A stretch of DNA of 56,251 nt from Parcubacteria group bacterium CG1_02_58_44. Lineage in GTDB: Bacteria > Patescibacteriota > Patescibacteriia > SG8-24. Shown here piece after piece: positions 45,025 through 54,227 of this stretch. Every line of letters starts with the position of its first letter. The stretch's first letter is position 1. The notes under the pieces are model-generated. The model was not told the origin of the DNA. It worked only from the letters and a program-made list of their open reading frames with translations, and ran no database searches. The stretch covers positions 1-56,251 of the forward strand of contig MNWN01000036.1 in the NCBI GenBank assembly GCA_001872545.1, read 5' to 3'. The translations under genes were made by a program, and so were the position numbers.

Positions 45025-46198
45025 TTATCTTATGCTGCTGACGTCGAAGGTCAGTTTGGAAATTTTGACATCCTGTACAGAGAAAAATACTAGGTTTCCG
45101 TTGCTGTCGAAATCCGGTTGTCCGAAGACGCCATAGTACTTGAAGGCTTTTTCCGCGCCTTCATACCAGGAAGGCAGTTTTGTCGGGGCCGCACTGGATG
45201 AAAACTGCGGTACCATAATGCTGTTCGCCACGGCGATTCGCTTTCCGTTCAGCCAGTACGAATAATTGAACGAGCAGATTCTGGGGTTGCAGATGGCGAT
45301 GGTTGATCCGTACGCGTCTTTGGTCGGTACGTCGACAGGCTCCTCCGTGCGGAAGAGAACATGTCCGGTAGGATCTATAGCCATCGGGACTGCCTTTCCC
45401 GGAATGGTCCACTCTTCGATAGGGGAATACATGCGCGTTTCGCTCGCGTCGGGGGTGGTCGTCGTCGTCGTGTAGGATGGCGTAAAGGCGAAGACATCAT
45501 CGATGGCTGGATTCAGATAGACTTTCTTCGGCTCGAAGTCTAGTCTGGTCGCCGACTCGTTTTTTACGATGAACCAGTCATCGTCGACGTCTCGACGCTC
45601 TATAGAACACCGATCCCGTGACGTTATTTCTGAGTATGTGATCAACGTAGTCCCAGGATTGGCTGCGCTGCCCAGCGGAGCTTACGTGCCAGCCGTCTTC
45701 GCCTCGCTCGCGAAACAGATTCGGATCGTTCCTGTGGCTCATGTCGTCGTATTTGGAGTAACCCTGCAGCGGCGGTGAGTGACGGTAGGCTCGCTCGATA
45801 TAGTCCTCGATGATCAGGCTCTGCGTATGCCAAGGTTGGGTCGGTGCATAGCCTAAGGTCGTGGATCTAGGCAGAATGAAGATGGGGACCTTGAGGCTGT
45901 TGGTGACTTTGAGAGGTCCAATAAATACCTTTCTGACTTTACTGAACTATCCCAGGGACGATTCGCCTATATTGGTCGGTCATCCCGGCATGATCTGAAG
46001 TGCTGGGTAGAGAACGGTCATGCACCACGGTCCAATTTTGATCACTTGAGTTCCCTCTTTGAGATGGACGGTCGAAAGATGTATTACGGCATCTATGGCC
46101 GGCATCTTTATACAATGAAACTTCTGGCTTCGACTTGAAGAAGTCGGTTTCGCTGCCCTCACCGAGTCTGGTGGGGGCCTTTTTGTTGCGAAGCCCAA
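45025..46198 (-). pseudogene. Decayed gene of unknown function next to the tRNA-Pro 3' end (in-frame TGA and TAG plus one frameshift)
   Basis: One minus-strand frame is protein-like from 46198 to 45578. It is broken by TGA at 45980-45982 and TAG at 45947-45949. It then overlaps the 45025..45645 ORF (a different frame) by 68 nt. The region is visibly AT-richer than its flanks. Confidence 0.5.
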
Positions 46199-46321
46199 AT
46201 CTTGGACTCATGTCTGGAGTTTTTGTGGAGCAAAAGAAACAATCAAATCGTGGATCTCCGTCTTTACTGTGGTTCTGGCGAACAAGCCTCGTTCAAGCCC
46301 CGTCGCATCCAATTTTCCATC

Positions 46322-46343
46322 AAAAATACCAGCTTTCGCTGGT
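46322..46343 (-). terminator. Terminator of tRNA-Pro
   Basis: ACCAGC-GAAA-GCUGGU followed by AUUUUUG on the minus strand, directly after the tRNA. Confidence 0.6.
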
Positions 46344-46351
46344 CTTTCTGA

Positions 46352-46426
46352 TGGTCGGGGCGACAGGACTTGAACCTGCGACCTCTCGCACCCGAAGCGA
46401 GCGCTCTACCACTGAGCTACGCCCCG
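46352..46426 (-). tRNA. tRNA-Pro (anticodon CGG), CCA encoded
   Basis: Hand-folded cloverleaf: CGGGGCG acceptor, GCTC/GAGC D-stem, CTCGC-TTCGGGT-GCGAG anticodon arm (CGG, G37), GCAGG-TTCAAGT-CCTGT T-arm, then CGCCCCG-A-CCA. Confidence 0.93.
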
Positions 46427-46437
46427 ACGACAGCGGT

Positions 46438-46466
46438 AATATAGATTATCGGCCGGAGATTGGCAA
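46438..46466 (-). promoter_or_regulatory. Sigma70-like promoter of tRNA-Pro
   Basis: On the minus strand: TTGCCA, a 17-nt spacer, then TATATT, ending 11 nt before the tRNA 5' end. Confidence 0.55.
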
Positions 46467-46498
46467 GTCTAGCCGGCGGGCAGGAACGGATACTGTGT

Positions 46499-46527
46499 TT
46501 AAGGGTAAGTCCATTGCGTGCTATAAT
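46499..46527 (+). promoter_or_regulatory. Extended -10 promoter for the DUF2061 gene
   Basis: TGcTATAAT (46519-46527) with a weak -35 (TTAAGG). Confidence 0.45.
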
Positions 46528-46541
46528 GGCACTAGACAGAT

Positions 46542-46948
46542 ATGAAGTCGTCTCTCTGGACAAAGGCAATCTGGTTTCGTCTGGCCGTCATGGCCGTCGA
46601 TTTTGTTATCCTGTCTTTCTTCCTGAACAGCCTTTTCCTGAGCGGTATGGCCACCCTGCTGCGGCACGCCATTCAGACCCTGCTGTACTGGTATCACGAA
46701 CGGGTCTGGCAGCGGCATGACTGGGGCATGGAGAATGGCGACACCAAGTGGCGGACGCTGGCCAAGACCGTGACCTTCCGTCTACTGACTTCAGGCAAGG
46801 ACCTGTTGGTCATCCCTTCTTTACCGCCCAGGTCACGCGAGGACTCACGGCCACGCTGGTCATCGCCCTTATCAACTCCGTCATTTATTATATCTTTGAG
46901 AGGATCTGGTCAAAGCGAAACGTGAAGATGACTCCGGGGAACTACTGA
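46542..46948 (+). pseudogene. Tandem DUF2061 membrane protein, split by a 1-nt frameshift
   Basis: Unit 1: KAIWFRLAVMAVDFVI...LLYWYHERVWQRHDWG. Unit 2 starts as TKWRTLAKTVTFRLLTSGKDLLVI in frame 0 and continues as FFTAQVTRGL..VIYYIFERIW in the 46748..46948 frame. The switch is at the C3 run 46814-46816. Confidence 0.65.
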
Positions 46949-47059
46949 CACGTCCTCGGTTTCGGGATCGTGGCCGCATTAGGCGGCCTTTTTCGTCGGC
47001 ACATTCTGTTTGCGTTGGTCCTTCTATTCAGACCGGCCGTGCGGTACCCTTCATCCGTT

Positions 47060-48355
47060 ATGTCCACGAACCTGTTTCAATTTAAGGCGGAAAAGCAGCT
47101 CAAGAAGGAGGCTCCGCTGCCTGACCGGATGCGTCCGCGCTCGATAGACGAGTTCGTGGGGCAGACGGACGTGGTCGGCCAGGGCAGCATGCTGCGCCGC
47201 CTGCTGGAGAACGACGAGGTACCGTCGATGATCTTTTGGGGTCCGCCCGGGACCGGCAAGACCACTCTGGCCCGGATCGTCGCCACCATGACCGAGTCCA
47301 GGTTCGTGCAGTTTTCGGCCGTCTCGAGCGGCGTGGCCGAGCTGCGGGTCGTGGTTGCCGAGGCTCAGGAGCGGCTTTCGATGTACGGCAGCCGCACCAT
47401 CCTGTTCGTTGACGAGATCCATCGCTGGAACAAGGCCCAACAGGACGCCTTTCTGCCGCATGTCGAGAACGGCACGGTGGTACTGATCGGCGCCACGACC
47501 GAGAATCCTTCCTTCGAGGTCAATGCGGCCCTGCTGTCCCGCTGCAAGGTGTTCGTGCTGTCCGCGCTTCAGCCGAAGGAGATCGAGAGTCTGCTCGATC
47601 GGGCGGTCGGCGATCGGGAACGCGGTTTCGGACAGGTGCGTTTTGAGATCGAAGACGGCGTTCTCTCCTTCATTTCCGAAGTTGCGGACGGGGACGCCCG
47701 TGCAGCCCTCAGCCTGCTGGAGATGACGGTCAAGTCCACGCCGGAGCGTGCGGTCCGGGCGGTGGCCGACAAGCCGGATAGAATGATAAAATTGGAGCTG
47801 AAGACGGTAAGGAACCTGATCCGGCGTTCGCATCTGCGCTACGACCGGGGAGGGGAGGAGCACTACAACATCATTTCGGCCCTGCACAAGAGCCTGCGCG
47901 GTTCCGATCCTGACGCCGCGCTCTACTGGTTGGGGCGGATGCTTGAGGCCGGCGAGGGTCCGCTGTACGTCGCCCGTCGGCTGGTCCGTTTCGCCTCCGA
48001 GGACATCGGTCTGGCCGATCCGAACGCATTGGTGCAGGCACTGGCTGCCTTCGATGCCGCCCATAAGCTGGGCCTGCCGGAGTGCAACGTCTGTCTGGCA
48101 CAGGCAGTCGTCTACCTGGCGCGGGCACCGAAATCGAACGAGCTTTACGTCGCCTACGAGCAGGTCAGGAAGGATGTCGAGCTGGCGCAGAACGATCCCG
48201 TGCCGCTGCATCTCAGGAACGCGCCGACCGGACTGATGAAGGAGCTGGGCTACGGACGCGATTACGTCTACAACCCTTCGGCCGAGGGGCCGGTGGATCA
48301 GGACTATCTGCCGCAGAGGCTGAAGGGCCGGCACTACCTGAAGTCGAAACCGTGA
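47060..48355 (+). CDS. rarA: Replication-associated recombination protein A (AAA+ ATPase, MgsA/WRNIP1 family)
   Basis: The ATG at 47060 gives MSTNLF..LPDRMRPRSIDEFVGQ. Also GPPGTGKTT, FVDEIHRWNKAQQD, and a C-terminal MgsA domain (HYN.ISALHKS.RGSD.DAALYWL). Confidence 0.93.
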   Translation: MSTNLFQFKAEKQLKKEAPLPDRMRPRSIDEFVGQTDVVGQGSMLRRLLENDEVPSMIFWGPPGTGKTTLARIVATMTESRFVQFSAVSSGVAELRVVVAEAQERLSMYGSRTILFVDEIHRWNKAQQDAFLPHVENGTVVLIGATTENPSFEVNAALLSRCKVFVLSALQPKEIESLLDRAVGDRERGFGQVRFEIEDGVLSFISEVADGDARAALSLLEMTVKSTPERAVRAVADKPDRMIKLELKTVRNLIRRSHLRYDRGGEEHYNIISALHKSLRGSDPDAALYWLGRMLEAGEGPLYVARRLVRFASEDIGLADPNALVQALAAFDAAHKLGLPECNVCLAQAVVYLARAPKSNELYVAYEQVRKDVELAQNDPVPLHLRNAPTGLMKELGYGRDYVYNPSAEGPVDQDYLPQRLKGRHYLKSKP

Positions 48356-48433
48356 CGGCGGACGGCAGCATGGGTCGAATGCGGAAATTACGAGCGTGGA
48401 GGACTTAAAATATTTTTCTTTGGCCCGTTTATT

Positions 48434-49393
48434 ATGAACAAACGCAGGTTAGCCGTAATGCTGGCGTTCGTGCTGATCGCCGTCGGCGTCGTGGCCGTAA
48501 CGCTGTTCGTCAACAGCCGTTCCGACGAGGATCTGATAGCGACGGCGCTCGACCGGCTGGCGACGGTCCGGTCCTTTTCCGGCGGACTGTCGATCGATAC
48601 CTTCGTCGACCCGAATCGCTTCATGCCCGATTCCGGCTGGAGTTCGTTGGACCTGCCGTTGCGGATCAGCGGTCCGGTGGAGATGGCCCATGACGCCAAC
48701 GGTCGGCTGGTCGGACAGGCCGAACTGAAGTTCTTCTTCGCCGGAGCGTCCGACGAGATGCTCTCGGCTGAAGTCCGACTGCCCGGAGACGACCAGAACT
48801 TTGTCCGGTTCGACGGCGTGCCGGCGGAGATCGAGAGCCTGGTCAACGCCTCCGGACTCGACGGAAACTGGTTTTCGATCGGCGGACAGGAGATGTCGGC
48901 GCTGATTCCGTGGCCGGTAACGTCCGCCGGCTCGTCCGATACGGTGGGGACGGTTCGGACCGAACGTCCGTCCGGCTGGTTGAGTCCGGTCGCCCGCCTG
49001 CCGGACACGGTCATCGACGGCCGGCCGGTCCTGCACTACGATCTGTCCGTGGACCGGGACGGATTGGCCGACTTCCTGTTCGGTCTGTCGGAATCTTCCG
49101 GACTTCGTCCTTCCCTGGACAGCGGATCGGACGGTATCCGTTCCCTCGTCGACGGTCATGACGTGGTAGCCGAGGGCTACGTCGACCGTCAGTCCGGCGA
49201 TTTTCTGCTGCTGAAGTTCGGTGTCTTCCCCGGCGACGGCGGGAACAGCATGCCGGTGGCCGTGACCGTCAAGTTTGACCGTTTCAATCAGCAGGTGACA
49301 GTTGACCGGCCGGCGGAGGCTCAGCCACTGTCCGCCGTCCTGTTGGGTCTGATGTCCGGCTCGACCGTACCGTCGGACGAGCGCCAGCCGTAA
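48434..49393 (+). CDS. Membrane-anchored hypothetical protein (paralog of the 49406..50713 core)
   Basis: 319 aa, one N-terminal TM. It shares VLHYDL...DFL and the V.F..FNQ.(V/L)T.. end with the next gene. Confidence 0.8.
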   Translation: MNKRRLAVMLAFVLIAVGVVAVTLFVNSRSDEDLIATALDRLATVRSFSGGLSIDTFVDPNRFMPDSGWSSLDLPLRISGPVEMAHDANGRLVGQAELKFFFAGASDEMLSAEVRLPGDDQNFVRFDGVPAEIESLVNASGLDGNWFSIGGQEMSALIPWPVTSAGSSDTVGTVRTERPSGWLSPVARLPDTVIDGRPVLHYDLSVDRDGLADFLFGLSESSGLRPSLDSGSDGIRSLVDGHDVVAEGYVDRQSGDFLLLKFGVFPGDGGNSMPVAVTVKFDRFNQQVTVDRPAEAQPLSAVLLGLMSGSTVPSDERQP

Positions 49394-49405
49394 CCCTCTT
49401 GCGCT

Positions 49406-50713
49406 ATGGGAGAACGGAAATGGTATCTGAGGACGCATGTAATGATCGCGGTCTTTGTCTCGCTTGCTGCGGTGCTGGCCGGTTCCCTGCTGCTGCTGTT
49501 GCTGTTGCCGAGTAGGTCGGAAGTGCTGGCGGTAATGCAGTGGCGAATGGTCAACGCTCGGGTATTTCGAGTGGAGACCGAGGTCGAATATCAGAGTGAG
49601 GCGGAGCGAACTAACGATCAGGGTCAGTCTTCCTATGACCGTGCGTCATACCGCTTGACCACTGCTGGAGCGATCGACCGGACAGATCCGGAGGCAGTTC
49701 GTCAGGCACATTCGTTCACGTTCGGTTCTGTTCCCGATCAGGTCACCGATCGGCAGCCCTGCGTAATCTCCGGTGAGTTGCGTACCATCTCCAACGAAAG
49801 TTATCTGCGCATGTGGCAGGTGACTGACGGTCTTGGCCCACTTTCGGTTTCCGGGCTGACTAACCGTTGGCTGCATGTCAAGTCGTCCGACCTGTGCGAA
49901 CGGGTTACCGTGCTGGTCATTGGTCTTGGCTGTGAACTCTCGGACGAGGACAACGCCCATCTGGCTGACGAGTTTCGTCGGACGCCGTTTCTGTCGGTGG
50001 TCAGACGACTTGACGACGAGACGCTAAACGGCGTTGAGACCTTCCACTATGAGGTTAAGCCAGAAATGCTGTTGATTAGGGACTTTTTGATTACGTACGG
50101 CACGCTGCGTCGGGGTCGGGAACCGTCAAAAGAAGAACTGCGGACGTTCGATAAGTTTTTCTCCGGCCTGAAGGCGGACGGCGGCGAAGCTTGGATCGGA
50201 CGGAACGACTACTATCTGTATCGGCTGAGGCTGCACTTTCTGCATGACGACGGAACGGGGGTCGGACGTCTTTCTTTGACCGTCAATTTTTCCAATTTCA
50301 ATCAGCCGTTGACTTTGGCCGAGCCTGACGGCGAGACACTAGAGGTCGGTGCCATTGTTGCGGCCCTGCTTTCGGATTCGTCCGGCGGACTCTCTCCGGC
50401 CGAAACCGACGACCGTTCTTCGTCCGATCGATCCACGGGTATCGGGATTCCGACCGGACTGTCAACTCCCGCAATGGAGTTCGGCAACGCCGACTCGGAC
50501 GGCGACGGGCTGAACGACCAGCTCGAGATCTTCTTCGGTTCGGATCCCTACGATCCTGACTCGGACGGCGACGGGCTGAACGACGGAGACGAGGTATCTG
50601 CGGGTCAGGATCCGGACGGGCCGGGTAAGCTGTTCGATTTCGGGCTCAGTTCGTCCCTCGAAGCGACAGGCACGGCCAGAACCGATCAAGACACGGATGA
50701 ACCGCTACGTTAG
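49406..50713 (+). CDS. Membrane-anchored hypothetical protein with C-terminal thrombospondin-type-3-like Ca-binding repeats
   Basis: 435 aa. TM helix, a core paralogous to 48434..49393 (TFHYEV..RDFL; LTVNFSNFNQPLTL), then DSDGDGLND twice. Confidence 0.8.
   Translation: MGERKWYLRTHVMIAVFVSLAAVLAGSLLLLLLLPSRSEVLAVMQWRMVNARVFRVETEVEYQSEAERTNDQGQSSYDRASYRLTTAGAIDRTDPEAVRQAHSFTFGSVPDQVTDRQPCVISGELRTISNESYLRMWQVTDGLGPLSVSGLTNRWLHVKSSDLCERVTVLVIGLGCELSDEDNAHLADEFRRTPFLSVVRRLDDETLNGVETFHYEVKPEMLLIRDFLITYGTLRRGREPSKEELRTFDKFFSGLKADGGEAWIGRNDYYLYRLRLHFLHDDGTGVGRLSLTVNFSNFNQPLTLAEPDGETLEVGAIVAALLSDSSGGLSPAETDDRSSSDRSTGIGIPTGLSTPAMEFGNADSDGDGLNDQLEIFFGSDPYDPDSDGDGLNDGDEVSAGQDPDGPGKLFDFGLSSSLEATGTARTDQDTDEPLR
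50492..50584 (+). repeat. Perfect 27-nt direct repeat (GACTCGGACGGCGACGGGCTGAACGAC) inside the CDS
   Basis: Copies at 50492-50518 and 50558-50584, 66 nt apart, each encoding DSDGDGLND. Confidence 0.9.
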
Positions 50714-52472
50714 GCCAATCAGAAGGAACGCCCGTCCTCGACGGGCATTCAGCGGTCTCTTCGACCGGAGGTTCCGCCTTTTTCAGGTCGTCGTCCTCTT
50801 GGCCTTTGCCCTAGTCGGAGTGCGGCTGTTCGTGCTGCAGGTCATATCGCACGACTTCTATTCCGCCCTGGCCTCAAATCAGCATGAGATCTTTGCCGAG
50901 CTGTTCCCGAAACGGGGGACGATCTACCTGAAGGATCCGCGTTCGTCTTCCGGCACTTTTCCGGTGGCGGTCAACAAGGACTACACTCTGGTCTATGCCG
51001 TTCCGCGTGACATCGGCGATCCGGGTCTGGTGGCCGGACAGGTGTCTGATATCTTAGGGCTGGACGAGTCCTCCGTGGAGGAGAGGCTGTCGCATCGGGA
51101 CGATCCGTATGAATCTTTGGCGCGGCGAGTCTCGGACGAACAGGCCGACAGAATGAAGGCGTTGAAGATCGGCGGCATCGGGTTCGGTTCGGAGTCGTAC
51201 CGTTTCTATCCGGAGAAGGAATATCTCTCCCACGTGTTGGGCTTCGTCGGTTCGGACGAGCAGGGCAAGCAGATAGGACGTTACGGCATCGAGGGCTTTT
51301 GGAACGACGAGCTCAGCGGCAAGCCTGGCTATCTGGAGACCGAACGGGATCCGTTGGGACGTTGGATCGGCGCTGCGGACCGGCAGCTGGTTCCGGCGCA
51401 GGACGGTTCGGACATCGTTCTGACCATCGACCGGTCGATTCAGTATGTGGCCTGCGATCGTCTGAAGAAGGCCGTGATTCAGCATGATGCGGACGGCGGG
51501 GCGATCGTCATAATGGATCCGAGCACCGGAGCGGTGCTGGCGATGTGCGGACTGCCGGACTTCGACCCCAACGACTTTTCGAAGGTGGCTGACGCTTCGG
51601 TCTTCAACAATCCGGCCATCTTCGAGGCCTACGAGCCGGGTTCCATCTTCAAGCCGATCACCCTGGCTGCGGCGATCGACGCGGACAAGGTCGGACCGAA
51701 CACGACTTATGAGGACACCGGTCAGGTTCAGATCGGTCCGTACACCATCCGCAATTCCGACGGCAAGGCGAACGGCATCCAGACCATGACGCAGGTGCTG
51801 GAGAAATCGCTCAACACCGGAACGATATTCGCCGTGCGCGAGCTGGGAGCCGAGCCATTCCTCGAGTACGTACGCGGTTTCGGCTTCGGAACCGGCAGCG
51901 GTATCGAACTGGAGACAGAAGTGGAGGGCAACATCTCCTCGCTAGAGAAAAGCGGAGACATCTGGAGCGCGACTGCCTCCTACGGACAGGGCATCACCGT
52001 TACGCCGCTGCAGATGACTGCGGCCATGGGTGCGATCGCGAACGGCGGCAAGCTGATGAGGCCCTATCTGGTAGACCGGATCGTATCGCCGGACGGACGG
52101 GAGACGGTGACTGAGCCGACTGCAATCCGTCAGATCATCAGCAAGCGCGCGTCGACGCTCGTCGGCGGAATGATGGTAAGGGTCATCGAGGACGGTCACG
52201 GAAAGCGGGCCGGCGTGCCCGGCTACTGGGTGGCCGGCAAGACCGGGACAGCTCAGGTGGCGAGGACGGACGGAGGCGGCTACGACGACCAGGCCTCGAT
52301 CGGCTCGTTCGTCGGGTTCGCGCCGGTGGACGACCCGAAGTTCGTCATGCTGGTCAAGATCGACCGGCCGAAGGACGTCCAGTGGGCCGAGTCGTCGGCT
52401 GCCCCTCTTTTTGGGGAAATCGCCGACTTCCTGCTAAACTACATGCAGATTCCGCCTAGTAGGCCGAAATAA
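50697..52472 (+). CDS. ftsI: Penicillin-binding protein 2 / FtsI-type D,D-transpeptidase
   Basis: 591 aa. TM helix, PBP dimerisation domain, SIFKP (SxxK), SLNT (SxN) and KTGTA (KTG) motifs. Followed by murF. Confidence 0.92.
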   Translation: MNRYVRPIRRNARPRRAFSGLFDRRFRLFQVVVLLAFALVGVRLFVLQVISHDFYSALASNQHEIFAELFPKRGTIYLKDPRSSSGTFPVAVNKDYTLVYAVPRDIGDPGLVAGQVSDILGLDESSVEERLSHRDDPYESLARRVSDEQADRMKALKIGGIGFGSESYRFYPEKEYLSHVLGFVGSDEQGKQIGRYGIEGFWNDELSGKPGYLETERDPLGRWIGAADRQLVPAQDGSDIVLTIDRSIQYVACDRLKKAVIQHDADGGAIVIMDPSTGAVLAMCGLPDFDPNDFSKVADASVFNNPAIFEAYEPGSIFKPITLAAAIDADKVGPNTTYEDTGQVQIGPYTIRNSDGKANGIQTMTQVLEKSLNTGTIFAVRELGAEPFLEYVRGFGFGTGSGIELETEVEGNISSLEKSGDIWSATASYGQGITVTPLQMTAAMGAIANGGKLMRPYLVDRIVSPDGRETVTEPTAIRQIISKRASTLVGGMMVRVIEDGHGKRAGVPGYWVAGKTGTAQVARTDGGGYDDQASIGSFVGFAPVDDPKFVMLVKIDRPKDVQWAESSAAPLFGEIADFLLNYMQIPPSRPK

Positions 52473-52484
52473 TCGCAAGAAAAT

Positions 52485-53777
52485 ATGAAGGCTTTCGCAG
52501 AAAAGAGGTTGGCGGTACAGGCTCGTCGTCTGATCTCCAAAACCAGGCCGTTCATCGTCGGGGTGACCGGTTCGATTGGAAAGACTTCGGCTAAGCAGGC
52601 CATCGGGGCGGTGCTCGACGGCACTTTTCGGGTTCGGGTCAGTCCGGGAAACTACAACACCGAGTTCGGTCTTCCGTTGGCCGTGCTGGATCTGGTCTCG
52701 CCGGGACGTTCCGCGTTCGGTTGGCTGGCGGCGCTGTTGAAGGGCTGTTCACGTTCCCTCTTTCCGGCCAAGAACTATCCCGACACGCTGGTTCTCGAGA
52801 TGGCCGCTGACCGTCCTGGCGACATCGCTAAGTTGGTAGCCTTGGCCCCACCGCGGATCGGAGTGGTGACCACGGTCGGTGAATCGCATCTGGAGCTTTT
52901 CGAGTCCACGGTCGCTATCGCCGCGGAGAAGTCGACACTGATTCGTTCGCTGCCGAAGGATGGGGTGGCGATTCTGAATCGGGATGACGAGCAGGTCTGG
53001 GCCATGCGGAAACAGACCTCAGCCAAGGTATTGAGTTACGGTCTTCATGAGGAGGCTGACGTACGGGCATTGCCCGACACCATTTCGTACGATTGCCATC
53101 AGCCGCAAAATTCATGTGGCACCCACTTCAAGCTGTCGCACAACGGATCGGTCATGCCGGTCTTCGTGTCCGGTGCGTTGGGCCGGCCGGCCGTTTATGC
53201 CTCTCTGGCTGCGGCGGCTGTCGGGTTGGCTCGTGGACTCAATTTGACTGAGATCGTTAGTCGTCTTGGTAGTTTCGAGACGGGACCGGGGCGTCTGCGT
53301 TGTCTGCCGGGCATCAAGGGGACGATCTTGATCGACGATAGTTATAACGCCGCGCCGAAGTCGGTCCTGGCCGCACTTGAGGTCCTGCATGAGATACCAT
53401 TGGGTGCTGACGACGACTGTCGGTTCGCGGTGCTGGGTGACATGCTGGAGTTGGGACCCCTGAGCGAGCAAGCTCACGTTGAGATTGGGCGTCGGGCAGC
53501 GGAATTGGACGTCGGCAGTCTGGTACTGGTCGGCGAACTGATGAGCGTGACCGAACGGGCGGCCAAAGAGGCGGGTCTATCCGAGGATCGGGTGTTTCAT
53601 TTTTCTGACACCGAGACTGCCGGCCGGTTCGTGCAAGAGCGGATGAAGCCGGGTGACGCGATCTTGGTTAAGGGTTCGCGGGGTATGCATATGGAGTATG
53701 TGGTCAAGGAACTGATGGCCGAGCCGTTGCGAGCCGCTGATCTGCTGCCGGGCAACCATAACGAGTGGCGAAACTGA
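52485..53777 (+). CDS. murF: UDP-N-acetylmuramoyl-tripeptide--D-alanyl-D-alanine ligase
   Basis: 430 aa. VTGSIGKTS P-loop, DDSYNA, and Mur ligase C-terminal domain motifs. Confidence 0.92.
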   Translation: MKAFAEKRLAVQARRLISKTRPFIVGVTGSIGKTSAKQAIGAVLDGTFRVRVSPGNYNTEFGLPLAVLDLVSPGRSAFGWLAALLKGCSRSLFPAKNYPDTLVLEMAADRPGDIAKLVALAPPRIGVVTTVGESHLELFESTVAIAAEKSTLIRSLPKDGVAILNRDDEQVWAMRKQTSAKVLSYGLHEEADVRALPDTISYDCHQPQNSCGTHFKLSHNGSVMPVFVSGALGRPAVYASLAAAAVGLARGLNLTEIVSRLGSFETGPGRLRCLPGIKGTILIDDSYNAAPKSVLAALEVLHEIPLGADDDCRFAVLGDMLELGPLSEQAHVEIGRRAAELDVGSLVLVGELMSVTERAAKEAGLSEDRVFHFSDTETAGRFVQERMKPGDAILVKGSRGMHMEYVVKELMAEPLRAADLLPGNHNEWRN

Positions 53778-53790
53778 GTATGGCCTGATC

Positions 53791-53819
53791 TTGACCGGTC
53801 GGAGGCGGCATGTTATGTT
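53791..53819 (+). promoter_or_regulatory. Sigma70-like promoter of tRNA-Glu
   Basis: TTGACC, a 17-nt spacer, then TATGTT, ending 16 nt before the tRNA 5' end. Confidence 0.5.
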
Positions 53820-53835
53820 GTTCCCGGCCGACTGA

Positions 53836-53913
53836 GGTCCCATCGTCTAGCCCGGTCTAGGACGTCTCCCTCTCACGGAGAAAACTGGGGTTCGAATCCC
53901 CATGGGACTACCA
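53836..53913 (+). tRNA. tRNA-Glu (anticodon CUC), CCA encoded
   Basis: GGTCCCA acceptor, GTCT..AGGAC D-arm, TCTCC-CTCTCAC-GGAGA anticodon arm (CTC), TGGGG-TTCGAAT-CCCCA T-arm, then TGGGACT-A-CCA. Confidence 0.93.
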
Positions 53914-54035
53914 ACAGCACGTCTCCTCACGGAGGCGTGTTTTTGTTGATAGCCTAGGGAAGATTAGAGCCTCAATGTTCTCCGTATTTTCGGCGTTTAG
54001 GGACGGTTTTTCGGCAGTGTTGACCGCCTGTTGCC
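53889..54035 (+). repeat. att-type direct repeat, copy A (tRNA-Glu T-arm/acceptor + terminator + integrase 3' end)
   Basis: The first ~66 nt are identical to copy B except for one extra C in B. The middle is about three-quarters identical. It ends with the shared 28-mer TTTTCGGCAGTGTTGACCGCCTGTTGCC. Confidence 0.85.
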
Positions 54036-54227
54036 CAAAAGTTTTTGGAATGCCCTCAAAAGAGGGGAGAGCCAGCACCGCTTCGTGCAGCGAGGCCGGC
54101 GCCACGTGCGCATAGCGCATGGTCATCTTGATGTCCGATGCCCCATGAGTTCCTGCACCGTCCTGATCGGGACACCGGCGCTCACCAGCTGTGTGGCGTA
54201 GGTGTGGCGCAGCGCATGCCAGCCGAT
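53908..54227 (-). pseudogene. Tyrosine recombinase (phage-type integrase) remnant: C-terminal ~100 codons only, with a frameshift
   Basis: On the minus strand: YIGWHALRHTYATQLVSAGVPIRTVQELMGH, then a 1-nt loss, then IKMTMRYAHVAPASLHEAV (box II HxLRH...GH...Y). Homology stops abruptly at ~54227, where AT-rich DNA begins. Confidence 0.8.
53918..53945 (+). terminator. Terminator of tRNA-Glu (duplicated at 55122-55149)
   Basis: CACGUCUCC-UCAC-GGAGGCGUG followed by a U5 run. Confidence 0.65.

Noticed and set aside
45947-45982. Stop-codon reassignment (TGA and TAG read as sense), as in recoded phages, to explain the in-frame stops in the tRNA-Pro-adjacent gene.
   Set aside because: All well-supported genes in the window terminate normally at TGA, TAG or TAA. 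Two different stop codons would have to be recoded within 33 nt. The same locus also carries a frameshift, so pseudogenisation is the simpler explanation.
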